43,057 nt of DNA from Patescibacteria group bacterium (lineage in GTDB: Bacteria > Patescibacteriota > Microgenomatia > Levybacterales > UBA12049), in NCBI GenBank assembly GCA_035510695.1, contig DATKGO010000070.1, positions 1-43,057 of the forward strand, read 5' to 3'. Numbering within the stretch: the stretch's first letter is position 1; every line of letters starts with the position of its first letter. Of this stretch, positions 35,036 to 43,057 are shown piece after piece. Under the pieces are notes generated by a model. That model searched no databases. It was not told the DNA's origin and worked only from the letters and a program-made list of their open reading frames with translations. The translations under genes were made by a program, and so were the position numbers.

Positions 35036-37350
35036 AACTGCCACAATTATTCGCTAAAAAACAACCACCGGTAGATTATTTTCTCTGCTTACTTTTGCGT
35101 GACGAACATGTTGGCGCGTATATCCTTCAAGAACAATCCGGAGAATTAAAAATAGTCGGGCAGCAGGAAGAAACTTTACCCAACTCAATCGAACAATCTT
35201 CACCCGAACAGTGGATTGAAATTCTCGACCGCGTAATTAGCAAAGCCGAAGAAACTCTTCCTCCCAAAGTAATAACACATAAAACCATGTTTGGTTTGAA
35301 AGAGAGCTGGGTAGAAGAAGATAAAAAAATCAATAAAGATTATCTCGCCAAATTAAAAAAAGTTTGCGAAGCTCTGGACTTACAGCCTGTGGGCTTTCTA
35401 GTAATTACCGAAGCCATTACGCATCAACTGCAGGAACAGGAAGGAGCCCCTTTAACGGCAATTTTGGTTGAAATCGGCAAACAACATTTGGCTGTCTCAC
35501 ATGTCCGAGCCGGTAGAACTATAGAAACCAGAAGCGCCATGATTATTGAATCCCCCGTAGTAACCGTTGACGAATTATTGAAACATTTTATTTCTGCTAC
35601 AGTATTACCCGCCCGCATTATCGTGTTTGACGGCATTAGCAGTGAAAAAATATCTCAGGATTTTATTTCCCATCAATGGAGTAAAAGTCTTCCTTTTTTA
35701 CATATGCCTCAGGTCACAGCGCTGCCGCATGGTTTTGACGCCAAAGCGGTAATTATGGGCGCGGCCGAACAAATGGAACTAAGACTGGCGGGCGATATTG
35801 ATATACAAACTCCTATTGAAACAACTGAAAACAAAGTTTCTCGCTCAGAAAAACCACAGGAACAACCCACAGAAGTAGAACCAGAGAAAAAAACTCTGGC
35901 ACAGCAATTTAATCAGGAAAATACACAAATTGTCAGCGCCGATAACTTCGGTTTTGTGGAAGAACAAGACATTGAACAAATGGTCGGTCAACATCCGGAA
36001 ACAGAACCAAGTAAAAATTTTAATTCCGATTCTTTAAAAAATGTTGAACCTGCTTTTGCTATGGATGAAATACAAAGAGAAGAAATAAAGCAAAATAAAT
36101 TAGATAATAAATTTTCGGTTTTAACAAATCTTCTGCAAATTAGTAAAAACTTTGGAAAACGAGGCCAAAAAATGCTTACGCATATTTCAATGCCGCGTGT
36201 AGCCGGACAAGCAATACCAACCTGGTTATATATTTTACCGGTGGTTCTGCTTATAATCTTCGCCGGAATTGTCTGGTATGTTCTATCGGTTCAAGCAACC
36301 ATAAAAATTACGCTTAATCCGAAAATAGTTGAAGAAAAAGGCAGCATTACTTTCTCTACCAATTCAGGTAACGATTTTTCCAATAATACTTTGGCGGCAA
36401 AAGACGTCTCAGTTTCTCTTGACGGAAGTGCAAATACGAATACCACCGGAAAAAAGAATGTCGGTACTCCGGCAAAAGGCAGTGTAACCATTTATAACGC
36501 ATCCAGTAATTCTGTCCAACTTGATTCCGGCGTGACGATTAGCGCGCCAAATGGTCTTAAGTTTACTTTGAATAGCTCTGTATCCGTTGCTTCTTCATCA
36601 GGAGATGCGTCAAATCCAAACCCCGGTACAGCTTCTGTAAATGTAACCTCGGCTGATCTTGGCCAAAATTATAATCTTCCCTCCGGTACCAAATTTAGTG
36701 TGGATAATTATTCACAAAGTGACGTAATTGCTAAAAATGACAATGCTTTTTCCGGCGGTACTAAACAACAAGTAACCGTCGTCAGCCAAAATGATTTGGC
36801 AACACTAAACCAAAGCCTGCAGAATAATTTGGAAAACAAAGCAAAACAACAACTACAAAGTAAAATCAGCGGCGATGAGGCACTTCTACCGGATATTACC
36901 AACATCGAATTACAAAATAAAGTATATAGTCCCAAACTCAATGCTCAAGCCAGTACGGCTTCCCTGACAGCCACAGCTGTATTCCATACGGCAATTTATA
37001 ATAAAAATGATTTGCTGCAACTAGAGCAATCATTACTCAAGGATAAATTTTCCGACAACCAAGCTTTATCAGATAAAGGTATAACTACTGACGTAAGTAA
37101 TCAAAAAGTTGTTGATGATAATACTATTAAAGCCGATATTGACCTTAAAGCCGGTTTATTGCCCAAACTTGATAACCAAAAATTAATCAATGAAATTACC
37201 GGTAAAAGCGCAGATCAAGCTATAGCCTTATTGGCTCAAGAGCCGCAAGTTGAATCGAGTGATATTCAATTATCTCCCAATATCCCTTTTATCCCCAAAA
37301 TGCTGCCTCGATTCTCCAAAAATATTAAAATTGAAACAGAATCAAATTGA
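35032..37350 (+). CDS. Large bitopic membrane protein: cytoplasmic N-domain (possibly actin/FtsA-PilM-like fold), one TM helix, and a Ser/Thr/Asn-rich beta-rich ectodomain
   Basis: ATGA overlap with the alaS stop. TM helix IPTWLYILPVVLLIIFAGIVWYVL at about residue 395. N-domain strand patterns (FLCLLLRDEHVGAYIL..., AILVEIGKQHLAVSHV) weakly recall ASKHA folds. The family was not identified. Confidence 0.55.
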   Translation: MKLPQLFAKKQPPVDYFLCLLLRDEHVGAYILQEQSGELKIVGQQEETLPNSIEQSSPEQWIEILDRVISKAEETLPPKVITHKTMFGLKESWVEEDKKINKDYLAKLKKVCEALDLQPVGFLVITEAITHQLQEQEGAPLTAILVEIGKQHLAVSHVRAGRTIETRSAMIIESPVVTVDELLKHFISATVLPARIIVFDGISSEKISQDFISHQWSKSLPFLHMPQVTALPHGFDAKAVIMGAAEQMELRLAGDIDIQTPIETTENKVSRSEKPQEQPTEVEPEKKTLAQQFNQENTQIVSADNFGFVEEQDIEQMVGQHPETEPSKNFNSDSLKNVEPAFAMDEIQREEIKQNKLDNKFSVLTNLLQISKNFGKRGQKMLTHISMPRVAGQAIPTWLYILPVVLLIIFAGIVWYVLSVQATIKITLNPKIVEEKGSITFSTNSGNDFSNNTLAAKDVSVSLDGSANTNTTGKKNVGTPAKGSVTIYNASSNSVQLDSGVTISAPNGLKFTLNSSVSVASSSGDASNPNPGTASVNVTSADLGQNYNLPSGTKFSVDNYSQSDVIAKNDNAFSGGTKQQVTVVSQNDLATLNQSLQNNLENKAKQQLQSKISGDEALLPDITNIELQNKVYSPKLNAQASTASLTATAVFHTAIYNKNDLLQLEQSLLKDKFSDNQALSDKGITTDVSNQKVVDDNTIKADIDLKAGLLPKLDNQKLINEITGKSADQAIALLAQEPQVESSDIQLSPNIPFIPKMLPRFSKNIKIETESN

Positions 37351-38082
37351 ATGACTTCAAAAATTTACTATACCAAACGTAATACTTTCGCATTGCGGCA
37401 AAAAATGCGTTTCTTGGGTCTTACATTATTTATTATTGGTATAGGAGGATTAATTTATATCTTTTTTCCTCTTCTTTCCTGGCAGCTTTATTTGGCTCCC
37501 AATTTTGTTTCTTCTAACCTGGCATCACCAATTCCCAAAGCGGCTATTATTACGTCCACTTCACTCCAATCTTTGCTCAAAAATTCAACTGATATTTTTC
37601 ATCCGGTTGATTATTCCAACGCTGCCAACTGGTATCCGAACTTCACGGGAGTTAATCAAACATCTTCGCATCAGACTTTTTATTTATCAATTCCCAAACT
37701 CGGGATTTCCAATGCAACGGTTACCAACGCCGACAATGATTTAGATAAGCATCTGGTTAATTACTCCGGCACGGCCTTCCCACCCGCCAAAGGCAATGCC
37801 GTAATTTTTGGCCATTCAACTCTACCGCAGTGGTTTGATCCGCATAATTACAAAGCGATTTTTGCTACCGTCCATACTTTAGAAATCGGTGATAAACTAA
37901 TTGTCAATGAGAATGGAGCAGCTTATACTTATACCATAGATAATATTTATATTGTTGATGCGGATGATGTTTCACCGCTTGAACAGCAATATGACACAAG
38001 TTATTTAACTCTAATAACTTGTACGCCGCCGGGTACGACTTGGAAACGCTTAATCATTCATTCAAGATTACAAAACTTATGA
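37351..38082 (+). CDS. Sortase (transpeptidase)
   Basis: N-terminal TM anchor, catalytic His (VIFGHST), the TLITC Cys motif (YLTLITCTPPG), and a downstream Arg (WKRLIIHS). The start abuts the stop of the preceding gene. Confidence 0.85.
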   Translation: MTSKIYYTKRNTFALRQKMRFLGLTLFIIGIGGLIYIFFPLLSWQLYLAPNFVSSNLASPIPKAAIITSTSLQSLLKNSTDIFHPVDYSNAANWYPNFTGVNQTSSHQTFYLSIPKLGISNATVTNADNDLDKHLVNYSGTAFPPAKGNAVIFGHSTLPQWFDPHNYKAIFATVHTLEIGDKLIVNENGAAYTYTIDNIYIVDADDVSPLEQQYDTSYLTLITCTPPGTTWKRLIIHSRLQNL

Positions 38083-38234
38083 ACAATACAGAGACAGCAA
38101 TGACAAAAATTAGAGCCGTTTTAATTTCAATCTGGCCGACTATCTATAAAGTAATTAACAATTCCCTATATTTCGTTTATAGTGTAATTCGGGCATCAAT
38201 TAAAATCGCGATAAATAGTATTTTTGATAAATAA
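38079..38234 (+). CDS. 51-aa hydrophobic small protein translationally coupled to the sortase (ATGA overlap)
   Basis: An internal ATG of the 38019 ORF that overlaps the sortase stop: MNNTETAMTKIRAVLISIWPTIYKVINNSLYFVYSVIRASIKIAINSIFDK. Confidence 0.45.
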   Translation: MNNTETAMTKIRAVLISIWPTIYKVINNSLYFVYSVIRASIKIAINSIFDK

Positions 38235-38329
38235 TTTACAATTTTCAGTTCTCAATTTTCATTGAATTTTCAATTAATCATTGATACATTGTAAATTGAC
38301 TGAAAATTAAAAATTAGAAATTGAAAATT
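38234..38329. repeat. AT-rich word-repeat palindrome: copy 2 of the 23-mer, AATTTTCA x3, then TGAAAATT x2
   Basis: AATTTTCA at 38240, 38254 and 38265. TGAAAATT at 38301 and 38322. 38234-38256 matches 13196-13218 at 22 of 23 positions. Confidence 0.7.
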
Positions 38330-38339
38330 TTGTATAAAT

Positions 38340-39611
38340 ATGGAAGAATCACTAGCTGTCTCGGCTATCAGAAAAAAATTGGTCGGCAAAACACTTTCTT
38401 ACAAAGAAATATATGCCATTATGGATGAAATTGCCCATAAACGTCTGGGTGATGTTCTGACCACTTATTTTGCCGCCTCCGGTTATTCCAAAGGCTTTTC
38501 TAATGAAGAACTCTATTATTTAACTAAAGCTATGGTAGAAACAGGCGAACAATTACATTTCAGAGGCATTGTCGCGGACAAACATTCAATCGGCGGCATT
38601 TCCGGAACACGAACTACCATGATTTTGGTACCGATTGTAGCGGCAGCCGGGTTTACCATTCCTAAGAGTTCTTCACGCGCAATTACTACTCCGGGCGGCA
38701 CTGCCGATGATATGGAAGTTTTGGCACCGGTTATTTTTGATAAAGAACATATTTATAAAATTATTGAAAAAACCAATGGCTGCATTGTCTGGGGAGGCAG
38801 TTTTAACATTGCTCCGGCCGATGACATAATTATTAAAGTTGAAGCTCCATTACTCTTTGAAAGTTTTGATAAAGTGTTAGTCTCAATTATGGCGAAGAAA
38901 GTCGCGTTCGGTTCAAATCACGTGGTAATTGACCTTCCTTACGGTAAATTAGTTAAGGTACATAATTTAACGGACGCTGAAATTTTGGCAAAAAAATTTG
39001 AATATTTAGCAGGGAAATTCAATCTTACACTTAAAGTTTTAATGCATGAAACTGATCAGCCTGCCGGACGAGGCATAGGCCCACTACTTGAAGCCAAGGA
39101 AGCTCTACGTGTCCTTGAACGGCATGCTCACCGACCGATTGATTTAGAAAACAGAGCGTTAAATCTTGCCGGAGCATTACTGGATCTTTGTCTTCACGAC
39201 AGCTCTAACCAACTACAAGAAAAAATTAAAAAAGAATTTGGAGACGGTAAGGCTTGGGCTACTTCTATTTTAGCTGCAGGTAAAGCTCATGAAAAAATGT
39301 TGGAAATAATTAAAGCGCAGAATGGTGATCCCAATATAAACAGTGATTCGCTCCATCCCGGGAATTATCGTCATGAAATTCTCTCTGCCCACTCCGGAAC
39401 TGTTCGTGAAATAAACGTCCCCAACACCACCATCATCGCCAAAATACTTGGAGCTCCCGCACAAAAACGCGCCGGAATATATTTGGATAAAAAAATTGGC
39501 GAAAAGGTAGGCCGGCATGATATACTTTGTACATTATACAGCGACAGCAAGGAAAACCTTAAAGAAGCTAGCGATACATTACGGAATTTTTCTTTATTTA
39601 AAATTGAATAA
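38340..39611 (+). CDS. deoA: Archaeal-type AMP phosphorylase / thymidine phosphorylase family protein
   Basis: DKHSIGGISGTRTTMILVPIVAAAGFTIPKSSSRAITTPGGTADDMEVL and IAPADD...MAKKVAFGS match the AMP-phosphorylase-like subfamily pattern (KHSIGG..., SSRAIT...GTAD) rather than the bacterial TP pattern (KHSTGGVGD..., SGRGLGHTGGT). Confidence 0.8.
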   Translation: MEESLAVSAIRKKLVGKTLSYKEIYAIMDEIAHKRLGDVLTTYFAASGYSKGFSNEELYYLTKAMVETGEQLHFRGIVADKHSIGGISGTRTTMILVPIVAAAGFTIPKSSSRAITTPGGTADDMEVLAPVIFDKEHIYKIIEKTNGCIVWGGSFNIAPADDIIIKVEAPLLFESFDKVLVSIMAKKVAFGSNHVVIDLPYGKLVKVHNLTDAEILAKKFEYLAGKFNLTLKVLMHETDQPAGRGIGPLLEAKEALRVLERHAHRPIDLENRALNLAGALLDLCLHDSSNQLQEKIKKEFGDGKAWATSILAAGKAHEKMLEIIKAQNGDPNINSDSLHPGNYRHEILSAHSGTVREINVPNTTIIAKILGAPAQKRAGIYLDKKIGEKVGRHDILCTLYSDSKENLKEASDTLRNFSLFKIE

Positions 39612-39614
39612 ATT

Positions 39615-40565
39615 ATGAAAAGATTGAGTGTCACACTTATACTTTTAGTTATTTGTCTCCTCCTCGCCGGTGCCTGGTGGATCCATGGGAATGCTCCGGT
39701 AAATTTACAAGATAAAACGCAAAAAAGTTTTAACATTCAAAAAGGTGAGCCTCTCCGCGAAATCGCTAACCGTTTACAAACTAATGGTTTAATCCGAGAT
39801 CCGATTGTTTTTTTCTTAGTGGTAAAACAAAACGGACTGGATAATAAAATTGAGGCAGGCGATTTTAATTTATCATCAGACATGTCGGCTAAACAAATAG
39901 CAGAAGCACTTACAAAAGGAACTATGGAAGTTTGGATTACTATTCCGGAAGGTTATAGGGCTACGGAGATTGCTGCACTTTTGAAACAAAAATTTGCCCA
40001 ATACGATCCGCTTTGGCAACCGGAATTGCAGCAATATGAAGGCTATCTTTTCCCCGATACATATCAATTATCAAAAGATACGACAATTGAGGATATAATC
40101 AGCACCATGCATCAAAACTTTGACAAAAAATATGCAAGTATAGCCTCTTCTCAAACCAATCAAAAAAATATCGTCATCGTAGCCTCTCTTATCGAACGGG
40201 AAGCCAAATATCCGGAAGATCGACCATTGGTCGCGTCAGTTATCTATAACCGTTTAAATGCCGGTATGCCTCTTCAAATCGATGCTACCATACAATACGC
40301 TCTTGGCTACCAGCAAGCAGGAAATACATGGTGGAAAAAAGATCTAACCACAAATGATCTTGCTATCAGTTCGCCATTTAATACTTATACTCAAACCGGC
40401 CTTCCTCCGACACCGATTTCCAATCCCGGAATTGAAGCTTTAAAAGCAGCCATTAATCCCGCCAAAACTAATTATCTATATTACGTTTCAGATAGTACCG
40501 GACACAACCATTACGCCACGACCCTGGCCGAACACAATGCAAATATCAAAAAATACGGCCTCTAA
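39615..40565 (+). CDS. mltG: Endolytic murein transglycosylase MltG (YceG family)
   Basis: N-terminal TM helix, ITIPEGYRATEIA, VASLIEREAKYPEDRP, VIYNRLNAGMPLQIDATIQY, NTYTQTGLPPTPISNPG. Confidence 0.9.
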   Translation: MKRLSVTLILLVICLLLAGAWWIHGNAPVNLQDKTQKSFNIQKGEPLREIANRLQTNGLIRDPIVFFLVVKQNGLDNKIEAGDFNLSSDMSAKQIAEALTKGTMEVWITIPEGYRATEIAALLKQKFAQYDPLWQPELQQYEGYLFPDTYQLSKDTTIEDIISTMHQNFDKKYASIASSQTNQKNIVIVASLIEREAKYPEDRPLVASVIYNRLNAGMPLQIDATIQYALGYQQAGNTWWKKDLTTNDLAISSPFNTYTQTGLPPTPISNPGIEALKAAINPAKTNYLYYVSDSTGHNHYATTLAEHNANIKKYGL

Positions 40566-40599
40566 ATTCTAATTTCCATATCTATTTCTAAATTAACTC

Positions 40600-40629
40600 T
40601 TGCATTAATAAAAAAGATACTGATATAAT
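40600..40629 (+). promoter_or_regulatory. Promoter TTGCAT-18 nt-TGaTATAAT, with the -10 ending 7 nt before the ATG at 40637
   Basis: Read directly: cTTGCATtaataaaaaagatacTGaTATAATtttttttATG. Confidence 0.6.
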
Positions 40630-40636
40630 TTTTTTT

Positions 40637-41029
40637 ATGCATAGTGATTCTTCAATTACAGCGAAATATGAAAAAGAAAACCCTTGGGGGATGAGTACCG
40701 CCATTGACCTGTATGATTGCGATCCTGATTTTATCAGAGATGCGGAAAAGATAAAACAATTTGTCCTCGATTTATGCGCTCTCATTGAGATGAAAAGGTT
40801 TGGAGAAACAGTAGTGGTTAATTTTGGTGATAATCCGAGAGTCAGCGGATTTTCCATGACACAACTGATTGAAACGTCTTTAATCTCCGGTCATTTTGCC
40901 AATGAATCAAATGCGGCATATATTGACGTGTTTAGTTGTAAAAAATATCCACCGAAAAAAACAGCAGAATTTTGTAAAAATTATTTCAAGGCAAAAAAAA
41001 TGAATTTCTCTATCACCTTCCGCTATTAA
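40637..41029 (+). CDS. S-adenosylmethionine decarboxylase-like proenzyme (SpeH/class 1 AdoMetDC family), with Thr-Ser at the expected self-cleavage site
   Basis: Aligns by eye to the small bacterial/archaeal AdoMetDC: DLYDCD..., LIETSLISGHFANESNAAYIDVFSC (cf. [25 protein letters not shown]). Confidence 0.6.
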   Translation: MHSDSSITAKYEKENPWGMSTAIDLYDCDPDFIRDAEKIKQFVLDLCALIEMKRFGETVVVNFGDNPRVSGFSMTQLIETSLISGHFANESNAAYIDVFSCKKYPPKKTAEFCKNYFKAKKMNFSITFRY

Positions 41030-41041
41030 ACTTTTTTACTC

Positions 41042-41050
41042 TGCTATACT
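41042..41050 (+). promoter_or_regulatory. Extended -10 TGcTATACT, 6 nt upstream of the MFS gene ATG
   Basis: cTGCTATACTttagtcATG, read directly. Confidence 0.5.
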
Positions 41051-41056
41051 TTAGTC

Positions 41057-42229
41057 ATGTCGCTTCAAAAAAATATCAAATTATTAACCTGGTTTAATTT
41101 TTTTACCGATTTTAAACTTTACGCGCCAATTGCCATAATTTATTTTACTCATGCAACTGGATCATTCGCTCTCGGCATGAGTATCTTTTCCATCGCTACG
41201 ATTTCTTCCGCTCTGTTTGAGATACCTACCGGAGTTTTATCAGACCGCATCGGTAGAAAAAGAACAGTTATGTACGGAGCATTAGCTGCCGTATTATACT
41301 CAGTCTTTTACGCACTTGGTCAATCTTACTGGATACTAGCAGTTGGGGCAATTTTCGATGGTCTTTCTCAATCTTTCTACAGTGGAAATAATGAGGCTTT
41401 ACTTTATGATACCTTGGCGGAAACAAAAAAGGAACATCAATATGATGAATTTCTGGGCAAAACAAGCGCTATGTTTCAAGTAGCACTAGGAATATCGGCA
41501 ATCTTAGGCGGATTTCTTGCCACCTGGTCCTTCCCTTTAATTATGTGGATATCAGTTATCCCCCAAATTCTTTGTTTATGTCTTTCACTTTTGCTTTCCG
41601 AACCACAAATTAATTCAACAAAAAGCGGGAATATGTATCAGCATTTAAAGGCTGCATATAAAAATTTTCTAAGTAACAAAAAACTACGACTGCTAAGTAT
41701 CTCTTCCATCGTGGGCTATGGATTTGGAGAAGCAGGATACCAATTCCAATCAGCCTTTTATAATACGCTTTGGCCATTATGGGCTATAAGTATTGCCAAG
41801 ACTTTCTCCAACATTGGAGCCACACTTAGTTTTCATTTTAGCAGCCGACTCATTAGAAAATTTGGGGGCATAAAAATACTTATTATAGATAATATCTATA
41901 ACAGAATAATCAATATTTTTTCGACTGCGTTGCCGACTATCTTTTCCCCACTGCTTATGTCTTCAACATCTATATTCTTTGGTGTAACAACAGTTACCAA
42001 AAATGCACTAATGCAAAAAGAATTTACCAATGAACAACGTGCGACAATGGGTTCTCTAAACTCTTTTTTAGGAAGCATATTCTTCGGTATAATTGCATTT
42101 ATTCTTGGTTTTGTAGCTGATAAAGTGACACCTGCTCATGCTTTACTAATTCTACAAGTATTCCAAATTGGAAATTTATGGATTTATTGGAAATTATTTA
42201 AACACGATCAAAACAATTCTATTTCTTAG
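41057..42229 (+). CDS. MFS transporter
   Basis: About 12 hydrophobic segments and MFS motif A GVLSDRIGRKR. Confidence 0.85.
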   Translation: MSLQKNIKLLTWFNFFTDFKLYAPIAIIYFTHATGSFALGMSIFSIATISSALFEIPTGVLSDRIGRKRTVMYGALAAVLYSVFYALGQSYWILAVGAIFDGLSQSFYSGNNEALLYDTLAETKKEHQYDEFLGKTSAMFQVALGISAILGGFLATWSFPLIMWISVIPQILCLCLSLLLSEPQINSTKSGNMYQHLKAAYKNFLSNKKLRLLSISSIVGYGFGEAGYQFQSAFYNTLWPLWAISIAKTFSNIGATLSFHFSSRLIRKFGGIKILIIDNIYNRIINIFSTALPTIFSPLLMSSTSIFFGVTTVTKNALMQKEFTNEQRATMGSLNSFLGSIFFGIIAFILGFVADKVTPAHALLILQVFQIGNLWIYWKLFKHDQNNSIS

Positions 42230-42563
42230 TCGATTTTCGGAAGAATCTGTGGCTTCCTGAAGTTAAATTTTTCAAAGGATGACTAGTCTTTCTCACTACT
42301 TGTTCTTCTTCTTCCGGCAAAGGTTTTTCATCTGTATTTTCTCTAATTTCGTCAGCTGTCAACTCATCCACGTCCTCGTATTCTCCTGCTTCTTCCATCG
42401 CATGTAAAATATCTTCAACTTCTGAAAACTTACTCAAGCCTTCATCTGTTAAGCTTCTTAAAATTTGTCGTCCCTTTTTCGTGGTAAATAAAAGAGTTAA
42501 AGCAACTCCGACAATAAGTCCCCAAAGAAAACCATTTAATGAACTTCCGTTTTTTTGTTGCAT
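42219..42563 (-). CDS. YtxH-like membrane-anchored protein
   Basis: NGFLWGLIVGVALTLLFTTKKGRQILRSL matches the YtxH N-terminal pattern, and the tail is acidic. The 3' end overlaps the convergent MFS gene by 11 nt. Confidence 0.6.
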   Translation of the reverse strand: MQQKNGSSLNGFLWGLIVGVALTLLFTTKKGRQILRSLTDEGLSKFSEVEDILHAMEEAGEYEDVDELTADEIRENTDEKPLPEEEEQVVRKTSHPLKNLTSGSHRFFRKSTKK

Positions 42564-42576
42564 AGCAGAAAAATAT

Positions 42577-42870
42577 TTACTCTTCCGAATGTTTATGATG
42601 ATCCGTATCTTTTCTCAAAAAAGCTTTAATAATTTTCGCTACTGTAAGCAGTGATCCCGAACCGATAATCGTTCCGAAACTCCCTAAATTTGAAAGCGGC
42701 CCGGAAACAGCTTCCGTAATCGTCCCTGCCGTATCCAGAACTTTATTGGCCTTAAAAAGAGTGCTTTTGATTTCACGAAGAATGAAAAAAACCTGAACTC
42801 CGAGGACAACTAATAAAATAGTGAGGACTACTATAACGAATAAAAGAACGAATTGGACAGAATCGATCAT
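42577..42870 (-). CDS. DUF948-like small membrane protein
   Basis: An N-terminal TM helix followed by a helical segment. Lies immediately upstream of the YtxH-like gene, a pairing I recall from Firmicutes. Confidence 0.5.
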   Translation of the reverse strand: MIDSVQFVLLFVIVVLTILLVVLGVQVFFILREIKSTLFKANKVLDTAGTITEAVSGPLSNLGSFGTIIGSGSLLTVAKIIKAFLRKDTDHHKHSEE

Positions 42871-43057
42871 ATATTATATGTTACTTTGAAATTAGTTGAG
42901 TGTCAAGGAGTCCAAAAACTGACATTACCCCAGTTTGCTAAATGATCAGCTAATAGTTAAGTTATCTTTTTGTATACGGTTGAGATAATAGTTGTGGTTG
43001 ATGTAGTTTCTACGAAAGAAGCCACAATAAAACTCCCGCATCCAGCGTGGCGTCTGG

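Noticed and set aside
42871-43057. GC-richer sequence at the right edge with small hairpins (GTAG-ttt-CTAC, TGTGG...CCACA) and open minus-strand frames entering from outside the window
   Set aside because: Two minus-strand frames stay open for about 35 codons, so the 3' end of an off-window gene is possible. Neither the frame nor the identity can be determined from under 190 nt. I recognised no tRNA, rRNA or known ncRNA signature.

Overview
AT-rich, densely packed bacterial window that reads cleanly in the standard genetic code. I found no rRNA, tRNA or CRISPR array. The window has two parts.

(1) Positions 1-8722 look like an integrated mobile element. Its right end is a large serine recombinase gene that sits just downstream of the 3' end of secA. 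The element carries an excisionase-like HTH protein, a replication-type module (P-loop helicase with a C-terminal wHTH, a DUF5659-like protein, a Zn-ribbon protein) and a cargo operon. The cargo operon starts with a GC-rich multi-hairpin RNA leader and encodes a DUF805 fusion protein, a TM coiled-coil protein, a degenerate macro-like protein and an unknown ORF that runs off the left edge.

(2) Positions 8792-42870 hold core housekeeping genes: secA, serS, rpsT and murJ; a GT-C membrane glycosyltransferase fused to a PBP pedestal that lacks a transpeptidase; groES-groEL; a cohesin-like PT-rich surface protein; lepA, a cyclophilin, a Nudix hydrolase and a HAD-like protein; rpoB-rpoC-rpsL-rpsG; a short alaS translationally coupled to a large bitopic protein, a sortase and a 51-aa protein; and an archaeal-type AMP/thymidine phosphorylase, mltG, an AdoMetDC-like gene, an MFS transporter and a YtxH/DUF948 pair.

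Gene content and compaction suggest a small-genome uncultivated bacterium (CPR/Patescibacteria-like). That placement is inference only.

Most notable observations:
- The riboswitch-like leader upstream of the DUF805 gene.
- The mobile element and its cargo operon.
- The GT-C/PBP-pedestal fusion next to murJ.
- The alaS-coupled sortase operon, with a candidate LAxTG-like substrate elsewhere in the window.
- An unannotated 32-aa poly-lysine ORF with a strong SD.
- A recurrent promoter geometry, with a -10 box 6-8 nt before the ATG at 10 genes, implying leaderless mRNAs.
- A terminator hairpin inside the rpoB leader.
- A heptanucleotide tandem repeat inside lepA.
- Several intergenic repeat and palindrome families.
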